NCBI GenBank assembly: GCA_017475605.1
Contig: JAFVFD010000005.1
Span: forward strand, 75,833-139,832
Reading direction: 5' to 3'
DNA length: 64,000 nt
Source: Alphaproteobacteria bacterium
GTDB taxonomy: Bacteria > Pseudomonadota > Alphaproteobacteria > Rs-D84
Shown here: piece after piece, positions 29,692-37,408 of the stretch
Layout of the letters: each line of letters starts with the position of its first letter
How positions within the stretch are numbered: the first letter of the stretch is position 1
Notes under the pieces: generated by a model
What the model saw: only the letters and a program-made list of their open reading frames with translations
Told to the model about the DNA's origin: nothing
The model's database searches: none
Translations under genes and position numbers: made by a program

Positions 29692-29895
29692 ATGAATGTA
29701 TCTAATTTGATTATTTATATCAAATACATTGTCGCAATTATTCTGGTTGTGGCGGTTTTCTGTGCGCCGGCATATCTGGCGGGCCAAACCGGTCGCGATA
29801 AAACAGATATGACAAAAATACGTGTTGGATCATGGCTGCTGGGGTGGTCAATTATCGGTTGGCTTTGGGCATTATTCAAAGCATCCAAGAAATAA
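29692..29895 (+). CDS. Small membrane protein, superinfection-immunity-like (Imm_superinfect-type LLGW..IGW..AL motif)
   Basis: 67 aa with two TM segments. The C-terminal motif SWLLGWSIIGWLWALFKA resembles NLLLGWTGIGWIAALIWA of the Imm superinfection immunity family. Confidence 0.4.
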   Translation: MNVSNLIIYIKYIVAIILVVAVFCAPAYLAGQTGRDKTDMTKIRVGSWLLGWSIIGWLWALFKASKK

Positions 29896-29916
29896 ATTAT
29901 AAAAAACAATAAAAAA

Positions 29917-29946
29917 AGACGGGGCATGAAAAGCCCCGTCATTTAA
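29917..29946. terminator. Bidirectional rho-independent terminator
   Basis: GACGGGGC-ATGAAAA-GCCCCGTC flanked by AAAAAAA and TTTTTTTT. Confidence 0.6.
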
Positions 29947-29975
29947 TTGTTTTTTTTCAGATGTTTGAACAAATA

Positions 29976-30107
29976 CTATCTTTCGATTTCTTCGGGCAGT
30001 TTTCCCAGGCGCGCCGACAGTTCTGCGCGGATATCAACCTTCGCAGCCGCCTTTTTAAAGCCAACTTTACGCCCTGCCTGTTCAAACTTTTTTACGTTAT
30101 CAGTCAT
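29976..30107 (-). CDS. Small basic protein, 43 aa (MTDNVKKFEQAGRKVGFKKAAAKVDIRAELSARLGKLPEEIER)
   Basis: Below the ORF-track cut-off. ATG 30105-30107 is preceded by AAAGGTAG. A consensus-like promoter lies upstream and the bidirectional terminator immediately downstream. Confidence 0.35.
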   Translation of the reverse strand: MTDNVKKFEQAGRKVGFKKAAAKVDIRAELSARLGKLPEEIER

Positions 30108-30145
30108 GTTTCTACCTTTATTCAAAACATCTCTCTGACAAACCA

Positions 30146-30173
30146 ACTATATACACATAAATATTTTTGTCAA
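30146..30173 (-). promoter_or_regulatory. Putative sigma70 promoter for the 43-aa ORF
   Basis: Minus-strand TTGACA (revcomp of 30168-30173), 16-nt spacer, TATAGT (revcomp of 30146-30151). Confidence 0.4.
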
Positions 30174-30213
30174 GTATTTTGTTGTTTGTCAAATTTTATC
30201 CCAAACACCCCTT

Positions 30214-31770
30214 TTATTCGTCGCAACCGTATTCGCCACACGTGCCATCGGAATATTCGCCAACTTCTATCGCGACAGGATTGCCTGCCGGCTCATTAGT
30301 TGTATAATGCGTTTCCTTGACTACGCGGACACGACGATTTGCCGCATTCGGTGTATTGTCTGGTGTCGGAACAGCCAAATCTTCTTCACCACTGGATACG
30401 GCGACAATCTGACTTGCCGGGATACCGTATTGAATCAGCATTTTCTGGACCGCTTCGGCACGACGACCCCCCAGGGCATAGTTGTAACTTTTTGACCCGG
30501 CGGTATCGGTATGTCCGACCACAGAAACCTTGATATTCTTGTTTGATTGTGTCGCATCGGCCAATTTTTCAATCAAATCACGATATTCAGGTTTAATAAT
30601 CGCCTTGTTGAAATCAAAACGAACTTCAAAGACTTCTTCCATGACATGCTGTTTTGGTTCCAATGGAATCTGTTGAACCTTAATCATTGTCTTTTCGCCA
30701 GCGGCCGCCTGTAATTTATCCAAACGTGCGTTAATTGCCGCCAATTCTTCACGCATAGCCATCATCATATCGATAAATTCTGCGCGGGTTACGACATCGT
30801 CATTTACGACTGGAACAACAACTGGTTCTGGGTCTGGACAATTACATGATTCCTGGACAACAGGTTCTGGTTGTGGGCATGGCTTAACCTTGCACACAGT
30901 TTTTGCGCATGTGCAGTTTGATCCGGCCTGTAAACTGTTACCATTGTTGGACATGTTTTTGCTGACTGTTTTATCACCACCATAAATGTTTTGATTAAAT
31001 ACCATTGGTTGTACAGGTACCGGGTTAATAAGGTGTTCCGGCACATTCACATTGTTAACAATAATAACACCTTCGCGGGCGCGAGACGAATTGCTCATTG
31101 CGCGCATATTGCGTGTTTCCGGGTAATATTCACCGGCACTGCGCTGAACATCATTAACTGCGATTTCTGTTTTAACTGTTTGTGTTGTCTGGGTCTGGAC
31201 AGGTGTTTTTGCGATTACCTTGCCCCCCTTGCAATCACGCAGGGCAACCAAAGCCTTTTGGAAACGGTCGCGACATTGACGCGCGGTTGCTTCTTGGCCA
31301 CTGGCGGTGGCGGACAACCAACAATCGTATTTAGCCTGAACTTCGGCCGCCAATTCAGGATGTAAATCGGATGCATCGTTTTTCAATTGTTCCATCAATT
31401 CATTGTATGCGGTATATAATTCAAACGATGTTTGTTCATCATCAACCGGCCAATTTTCCATTGTTTCCGGGAACGGCAATTCACCAGAAAATGCGGCAAC
31501 CGCCTTCTGTGCGAACAATTCGCCCATTTCAGGATAGCCTGATGTACGCGCATTGTATATAGCATACGAACGATAGTTCATCGCCAATTGATTCAAAAAG
31601 GAATCTTTATGTGGTGCAGAATACACATCCAACCGTTCAACATAATCGACAGTTGGTGTTGAAACATCATATGCGACATCGCCCGCATTATCACGCGCAC
31701 ACGCGCCCAATGCCAGTATCAACAGGCCTGTCAATATTTGTACTTTGCACTTTGAACTTTGATTTTTCAT
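30214..31770 (-). CDS. OmpA-family lipoprotein
   Basis: Lipobox LILALGAC. C-terminal FDFNKAIIKPEYRDLIEKLA...VVGHTDTAGSKSYNYALGGRRAEAVQKML...NRRVRVV is a canonical OmpA C-terminal domain. The middle carries a Cys/Pro-rich segment CTCAKTVCKVKPCPQPEPVVQESCNCPDPEP. Confidence 0.75.
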   Translation of the reverse strand: MKNQSSKCKVQILTGLLILALGACARDNAGDVAYDVSTPTVDYVERLDVYSAPHKDSFLNQLAMNYRSYAIYNARTSGYPEMGELFAQKAVAAFSGELPFPETMENWPVDDEQTSFELYTAYNELMEQLKNDASDLHPELAAEVQAKYDCWLSATASGQEATARQCRDRFQKALVALRDCKGGKVIAKTPVQTQTTQTVKTEIAVNDVQRSAGEYYPETRNMRAMSNSSRAREGVIIVNNVNVPEHLINPVPVQPMVFNQNIYGGDKTVSKNMSNNGNSLQAGSNCTCAKTVCKVKPCPQPEPVVQESCNCPDPEPVVVPVVNDDVVTRAEFIDMMMAMREELAAINARLDKLQAAAGEKTMIKVQQIPLEPKQHVMEEVFEVRFDFNKAIIKPEYRDLIEKLADATQSNKNIKVSVVGHTDTAGSKSYNYALGGRRAEAVQKMLIQYGIPASQIVAVSSGEEDLAVPTPDNTPNAANRRVRVVKETHYTTNEPAGNPVAIEVGEYSDGTCGEYGCDE

Positions 31771-31797
31771 AAAGTATCCCCTTTCCTAATTGTCTGT

Positions 31798-31826
31798 ATT
31801 ATACGATTTTTCGCAAAATTAGTAAA
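31798..31826 (-). promoter_or_regulatory. Putative sigma70 promoter for the OmpA-family lipoprotein gene
   Basis: Minus-strand TTTACT, 17-nt spacer, TATAAT (revcomp of 31798-31803). RBS AGGAAAGGGGA before the ATG at 31770. Confidence 0.4.
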
Positions 31827-31863
31827 GCATAAAAACACAGAACCCAACAATTATTACAGGTTT

Positions 31864-32679
31864 TTATTTATCCATAAACTGTGATGCGATTGATCCCAAC
31901 GAAGACAGCCCACCATTAAGGCTTGCGCCACTTTGCGTGATACTTCCAACCGTCTGCATAATTTGTGATGTGCTGGTGTTTTTCCCAACATTACCCATAG
32001 CAGTGGTAAGGAAGTCCCCCCACATTTCTTTTTTCTTTTTACTGATTCTAGTGTCGGAACAATCTTCTACACGCGCCAACAATTTTCCAGCCATTGTTAA
32101 ATTATCACGTGTGGTATAATCGGCCATACCGAAATCAACTAAATCAAAAATCTCATAAATATTAGAAACTGTTTTTTGGTCTTTTGTACTGCATGTCGGT
32201 GAACCATCTGGACAATATGTCGCCTTGCTGGCCTTTGGAAAACCATTCCAGACCATTTCTGCATCCGCAGCAGATGCAAAATTATCATAGCAAATATTTG
32301 CCATATCGGTTCCCGCGGAATAACGCACCGAAGCCTCGTACCCCACACCACCGGGACAACGCGTTTTATTTAATTTACGTTCAACTTCTTCTGCCGTCAT
32401 TGTTCCAGTTTTTGCCCATTCCTTGATTGTGTTATTTACGAATTCGATTTCTGCACTTGATGGAATACAATATGTATCAAGTTCGCGTTGCTTTGCATTA
32501 AGGTTTTGAACATCGGAAACCAAACTTAAAACAGATGGCACCAAACTTGTTGCGGTGTTTGTTGCGCTTGCTTCCTGGGTCGCGACCGGTGCCGCTTTTT
32601 TAATAGTAACAGCCGCACCCACCACATTTGTGGTCGCGCACAAAACCAACGCAATAAACAATGTCAGATTTTTCTTCAT
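31864..32679 (-). CDS. Secreted hypothetical protein
   Basis: Signal peptide MKKNLTLFIALVLCATTNVVGAA. 271 aa with a Gly/Ser-rich C-terminus. Confidence 0.45.
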   Translation of the reverse strand: MKKNLTLFIALVLCATTNVVGAAVTIKKAAPVATQEASATNTATSLVPSVLSLVSDVQNLNAKQRELDTYCIPSSAEIEFVNNTIKEWAKTGTMTAEEVERKLNKTRCPGGVGYEASVRYSAGTDMANICYDNFASAADAEMVWNGFPKASKATYCPDGSPTCSTKDQKTVSNIYEIFDLVDFGMADYTTRDNLTMAGKLLARVEDCSDTRISKKKKEMWGDFLTTAMGNVGKNTSTSQIMQTVGSITQSGASLNGGLSSLGSIASQFMDK

Positions 32680-32770
32680 CTCTCTGTGGTAAATATTATA
32701 TCATAAAAAATGTTGCTCTCAAATATAAAAATTGCTTTTTATTAACGGGCGCGCTAAAGTGTTTCTTGAT

Positions 32771-33247
32771 ATGACAGACAACAGAACATTTCTTATCTTT
32801 TCTAAACACCGCCGTCTTCAACGTCTGTGGCAGTTTTTTTTCACAGGCTGGGGACTGGTGATGGTTGCGGCATTGGTTGCGGGCACGCTGTTCACGCGCC
32901 AATTATTATGGACGCCTATTGCCGCGATAAATATGCGCGACATCGCAACAAATCAGTTCAAGATGACGGACGCATCTTTTTCCGGGCTTGATCGCGATGG
33001 CAACCCATTTCACATCAATGCAAAAACAGCGCGCCAGGAATACGACCAACCAGACATTGTTTTTCTGGATACAATACGTGGCAACATAACACGTAAAATT
33101 GATGGAAAAATGGAAACGAATAATGTTTCCGCCGACCATGGTCAGTATCATATAAAACAGAAACGCGTTACTTTAAGTGGTAATGTATATTTACATTCGA
33201 CAACTGGGGACAAGGTATTAACAGACGAAATGGTGATAAAACTATGA
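32771..33247 (+). CDS. lptC: LptC-like LPS export protein (membrane-anchored, OstA-fold)
   Basis: N-terminal TM anchor FFFTGWGLVMVAALVAGTLF. It lies immediately upstream of, and overlaps by 4 nt with, lptB. The tool start at 32732 is a TTG; ATG at 32771. Confidence 0.4.
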   Translation: MTDNRTFLIFSKHRRLQRLWQFFFTGWGLVMVAALVAGTLFTRQLLWTPIAAINMRDIATNQFKMTDASFSGLDRDGNPFHINAKTARQEYDQPDIVFLDTIRGNITRKIDGKMETNNVSADHGQYHIKQKRVTLSGNVYLHSTTGDKVLTDEMVIKL

Positions 33248-33972
33248 AACAATCTGTATTACGTGTTGAACATTTATCAAAATCATATGGAAAACGCATG
33301 GTTATACGCGACATATCACTGGTCGCGCGCCAGGGCGAATCGGTTGGCCTGCTGGGACCGAACGGTGCGGGAAAAACAACTGCGTTCTATTGTATAACGG
33401 GCCAATTAAATGCCACCGGCGGACAAATCTTTTTGAATTCCCAGGATATAACCCACCTGCCGTTTTATCAACGGGCAAGATTACACATCGGCTATTTACC
33501 CCAGGAAAACAGCGTGTTCCGCGGTCTTACCGTTGAACAAAATATTATGGCTATATTAGAGGTTGTCGAACCCAGCAAAAAGAAACGTCAACAAAAATTG
33601 GATGCTTTACTTGATGAATTTGCGATTTCGTCCCTGCGACGCAGCCCGGCAACCGCACTTTCCGGTGGTGAACGTCGCCGCGTAGAAATTGCGCGCGCGT
33701 TGGCGAACGATCCAAAGTTCATTTTGCTGGACGAACCATTTGCGGGTATTGACCCGATTGCTGTTAATGAAATTCGTTCATTGGTATCGCAATTAAAAAA
33801 TCGTGGTTTGGGGGTAATTATTACCGACCACAATGTTCGTGAAACATTGGGCATTACCGACCACAGTTATGTTTTACACGACGGCAAGATTTTAAAGCAT
33901 GGCACGACTGATGAAATTATTGCCGATGAAATGGTTAAAAAAGTCTATCTTGGCGAAGATTTTGTGATGTAA
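33244..33972 (+). CDS. lptB: LPS export ABC transporter ATP-binding protein LptB
   Basis: Walker A GPNGAGKTT. Signature LSGGERRRVEIARAL. LLDEPFAGIDPIAV. 242 aa, the typical LptB length and motifs. Confidence 0.85.
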   Translation: MKQSVLRVEHLSKSYGKRMVIRDISLVARQGESVGLLGPNGAGKTTAFYCITGQLNATGGQIFLNSQDITHLPFYQRARLHIGYLPQENSVFRGLTVEQNIMAILEVVEPSKKKRQQKLDALLDEFAISSLRRSPATALSGGERRRVEIARALANDPKFILLDEPFAGIDPIAVNEIRSLVSQLKNRGLGVIITDHNVRETLGITDHSYVLHDGKILKHGTTDEIIADEMVKKVYLGEDFVM

Positions 33973-33973
33973 A

Positions 33974-34030
33974 AAACCGCCCCAGTTTTCACGCGACAAG
34001 GATTAACGTGAAAACTTTTTTCGGGGCGGC
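33974..34030. terminator. Bidirectional terminator (long compound hairpin)
   Basis: CCGCCCC-AGTTTTCACG...CGTGAAAACT-TTTTTC-GGGGCGG between the convergent genes lptB and 34065-36161. Confidence 0.5.
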
Positions 34031-34064
34031 ACTTTAGGGACACACCTAAAGAAACTTTTACCCG

Positions 34065-36161
34065 TTATTCACATGCACCATACGATGCGGCAACGGTCGC
34101 ATTTTCGATACACACACTGCCCGATACCGCGCATGCGGAGCGAACCAAAGTGATTGTACCATCAATGCTTGATTTGTAATTCAGGGCCGCGGCCTTACAC
34201 TGATTCAAATCAGTATATTCCGCACATGACAATTTCCAAGACTTACAATCAACCGCGGTTGCTGTTGGGCTAACCGTATCTGGCAAACGCAGATTCCATT
34301 TCACATAAAAATCTTTCAATGTGCCAATCGAATGTGATTTACCAAAACCAACCGTATTCAAACCATCACCAACACGACAGTTAATATTGTTGCGTTCAAC
34401 AAATGCGGTAATAGCGGTCGCCAAACCACCGGTTCCCGCACCAATCGCCGCGCCGGTTGCAATACTCTTGCCCATATTAGACTTTTCGCCATTCAACACA
34501 TCAAGGCCACCGAACACACCATCTAATTCGGCAATTTCAACCTCGGTTTCATCCTTGTTAACACAGCCGATACCCAGGTTTGTACATTTCAAACCACCTG
34601 CCAAATTGTCCGGATTGCGTAATGACTTGAAACGGCAACCAACTGTATCTTTGGCACACGAAGATGCCTCAACATTCAAATCACCAGATTCAATCGAACC
34701 AACCGAAACCAAGTAATCTATACAAGGTTTAGTATCCAATTTCCCGGCACCCGCACACGTTGTTGCCAGCAAGTTATCAATACAGGCTATTTTAGCACCA
34801 TCATCTTCACAACCCGCTGGTAATTCATATCCATTCGGATCAAACGAATCATTATAGACAAATGTACAATTCAACACATCATTACCAAAGCAACGGCTAA
34901 TATCTTGCTTTACGGTTTGATAGTTTGTGTACAAATCGACAATCGCACGACATTGACGCGCCGTCAAATCATTCGTTGTGATTTTATCGCCTTCGGGTAA
35001 ATATCTGTTAAGAGAATAGATATTCACACTTTTACGCAATTGGTCGCTTAATGTTTTGACCGCAGATTTATTATCGCAATCAAATGCGCGTTTGCCATGG
35101 CCCGCCAATGCACCAATTCCGGCACCGGCCAATGTTCCGCCACCAATACCCACAACCGCGGCAGTGCTTGTATCGTTCATCAACGAAAAACCGAACAAAT
35201 CTTTGTTACAAGTGAATGTATCGCCGGCGGCACGCCAAACCTCGGCTGGCTGGTCATTGCCCAGTGCACCGAACAACCAGTTGTTTTTGATTTGAGTGTC
35301 TTTGTTATATGCGGCCACGCGCAGATAGCAGGTTGCAGTTGTTGCATCCCAACGCGCATAGTGTCCACGCGCCCCATCAACACCCGGGTTGCCATAATTT
35401 AATTCTGCGCCCATCGGATTAGTCTTGATTAACACCCCGCCCTGTTGATTATTATAGGCACCAACGCGGTTATTATATTCACTTGTTGTACCACCATTGT
35501 TTTCGACGGCTGCAAACGATGGCCCATATGTATTCACATCCAACAACAGACATGTGTTTTCAGCCTGGTTTGGTGTCAAACCCGTTTTGCGCAAAACAAA
35601 GTTGTAATATTCCGGCTGAATCTTGCGCGAATTAAAGTCAACCCAAACATCTGCGATTGCGCGATATACAGGCTTGCAATCACGACGAACATCCGTCATA
35701 CATTTTTCCACCTGAATCGAGCAAAGCCCCATGCCATTCATAATCGCATTACGCATATCTTCGTTGAACAAATCATTCAAACCACCCGGCAAGGCACCGT
35801 TATTTATACACGCCAAAACATCGTTCATACAGTTTTGAACAGTATATTCAGAATTACGCACACCACCATCTGGACATTCCGGGGTTGGTTGTGGATCTGG
35901 CTGTGGATCATCTGGTTTTGGGTCCGGCTGTGGTTGTGGTTGTGGTTGCGGTTGTTGTGCAACATTTGTTGATATATTTGCCGGATTAATTGTCATTGTC
36001 GGCATAGACGGCATACGAAACGATTGTGCACCCGCACGATTACCCGCACGAACATTTGCCGCCGCACGCGGTGTTGCATCCGCCGCAAATGCCGCACAAA
36101 CAAAGGATATTACACCGAAACAGGCAACCAGGCCGCCGAATAATTTTGATGATTTTGTCAT
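34065..36161 (-). CDS. Secreted cysteine-rich protein, C-x6-C module family, paralog 3, with two glycine-zipper segments
   Basis: Signal peptide MTKSSKLFGGLVACFGVISFVCAAFAADA, RBS GGGGGA. (PQ)n low-complexity encoded by the tandem DNA repeat 35885-35960. Modules CMNDVLAC, CSIQVEKCMTDVRRDC, CAKDTVGC, CKSWKLSC, CAVSGSVC. Gly-zippers VVGIGGGTLAGAGIGALAG and IATGAAIGAGTGGLATAI. Confidence 0.55.
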   Translation of the reverse strand: MTKSSKLFGGLVACFGVISFVCAAFAADATPRAAANVRAGNRAGAQSFRMPSMPTMTINPANISTNVAQQPQPQPQPQPDPKPDDPQPDPQPTPECPDGGVRNSEYTVQNCMNDVLACINNGALPGGLNDLFNEDMRNAIMNGMGLCSIQVEKCMTDVRRDCKPVYRAIADVWVDFNSRKIQPEYYNFVLRKTGLTPNQAENTCLLLDVNTYGPSFAAVENNGGTTSEYNNRVGAYNNQQGGVLIKTNPMGAELNYGNPGVDGARGHYARWDATTATCYLRVAAYNKDTQIKNNWLFGALGNDQPAEVWRAAGDTFTCNKDLFGFSLMNDTSTAAVVGIGGGTLAGAGIGALAGHGKRAFDCDNKSAVKTLSDQLRKSVNIYSLNRYLPEGDKITTNDLTARQCRAIVDLYTNYQTVKQDISRCFGNDVLNCTFVYNDSFDPNGYELPAGCEDDGAKIACIDNLLATTCAGAGKLDTKPCIDYLVSVGSIESGDLNVEASSCAKDTVGCRFKSLRNPDNLAGGLKCTNLGIGCVNKDETEVEIAELDGVFGGLDVLNGEKSNMGKSIATGAAIGAGTGGLATAITAFVERNNINCRVGDGLNTVGFGKSHSIGTLKDFYVKWNLRLPDTVSPTATAVDCKSWKLSCAEYTDLNQCKAAALNYKSSIDGTITLVRSACAVSGSVCIENATVAASYGACE

Positions 36162-36280
36162 AGAAAATCCCCCCATGATAGTTGTTCTAATTATACCATA
36201 AAAAAGCCTTAAAAAAAGTTTTTTTACCGTAATTTTTGCTTTTTATTGAAAAAACTTAAAACATTGACAAAAACAATATC

Positions 36281-37381
36281 TTGTCTATAATAGAATTGAT
36301 GTGGAATAAAGTACAAGATTTTTATAACAATAACAAACATGCGATTATTTGGACCGCATGCTATATCTTTGCGTCATGGGCCATTATGCGCTATATGTTT
36401 AATTTCAATATCTTTTCCGCAACCCGTTGGCACCAACTGTTTCATTCGCATCTGTATGGCTTTGCGGGTTTCGTATTCAGTATTTTGATTTTGGCGATGG
36501 TGCCACTTTACATTGCAACGACCGTTATTATCGCACGAACCAAAACGCCACTTTTTAATATAAACATAACAATACCTGAATTTATCAAGACTTTTATTAA
36601 GAACGCATTTATTCAAACACCAATGCCGGACGAAGAACCACTTGCCACCACAGTTCAGGAAAACGAATCGGGACAAGAAAACCCAACCGAACAAACACCA
36701 GGCAACGAAAATACGGAAACACCGACCGAAACCACATCGCCCAACCCCGTACCAGACACCGTCCCGGCGGAATTACGCGTTGCATATATGCGCGCCCGCG
36801 ACAATGTTTTACACACACAGAAATCTGTATTTGACCTTGCTAATACCACCCGGACACCCGCCCCGGCACCAATCGCCGAACCGGCAAGTGCGGATGCCAC
36901 CCCAATGGAAGATTTTTCTATTCCAACAGATTTTGATATTACCGACACAGACAGCATTATGGGGAACGTGCCAACATTTACCGATATTGACCTGGATGCC
37001 GATATTGATGACGATACCGATGAACAAACACCCGAAATTACAGACATAAAAACCCAAAACAATGAAAACCAAGATGTAATAAACTATCTGAACAAAAAAT
37101 CTGTTCCATGTGAAATTATTGACGACATTGTTGTAACTGACAAATTCGCAATTGCATCGCACACAGATTCTGATTTCTGGGTTGCGGACAATGAATCATG
37201 GTTTGCCGCCGGAAAAATAAGAAAATCACCAATTGTATCTGTGTTAAATGTTGCAAAGCAACGCAACGTCCAACCGGTGTTATATTTGACATACGATAAC
37301 ATAATGGACATTGATGAATTGCGTACTGGGTGGCAAGATGCCGGCATTCGTGTGATAAACAACTTGGACGAATTAAAATAA
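36281..37381 (+). CDS. Membrane protein with acidic disordered linker (hypothetical)
   Basis: Two N-terminal TM helices; strongly acidic Thr/Pro/Asp/Glu-rich middle; a C-terminal globular region with no recognisable family. Confidence 0.45.
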   Translation: MSIIELMWNKVQDFYNNNKHAIIWTACYIFASWAIMRYMFNFNIFSATRWHQLFHSHLYGFAGFVFSILILAMVPLYIATTVIIARTKTPLFNINITIPEFIKTFIKNAFIQTPMPDEEPLATTVQENESGQENPTEQTPGNENTETPTETTSPNPVPDTVPAELRVAYMRARDNVLHTQKSVFDLANTTRTPAPAPIAEPASADATPMEDFSIPTDFDITDTDSIMGNVPTFTDIDLDADIDDDTDEQTPEITDIKTQNNENQDVINYLNKKSVPCEIIDDIVVTDKFAIASHTDSDFWVADNESWFAAGKIRKSPIVSVLNVAKQRNVQPVLYLTYDNIMDIDELRTGWQDAGIRVINNLDELK

Positions 37382-37408
37382 AAAACCGCCCGTTTGGGCG
37401 GTTTTTAT
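37381..37408. terminator. Bidirectional rho-independent terminator
   Basis: AACCGCCC-GTTT-GGGCGGTT with flanking A-run and T-run. Confidence 0.6.
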
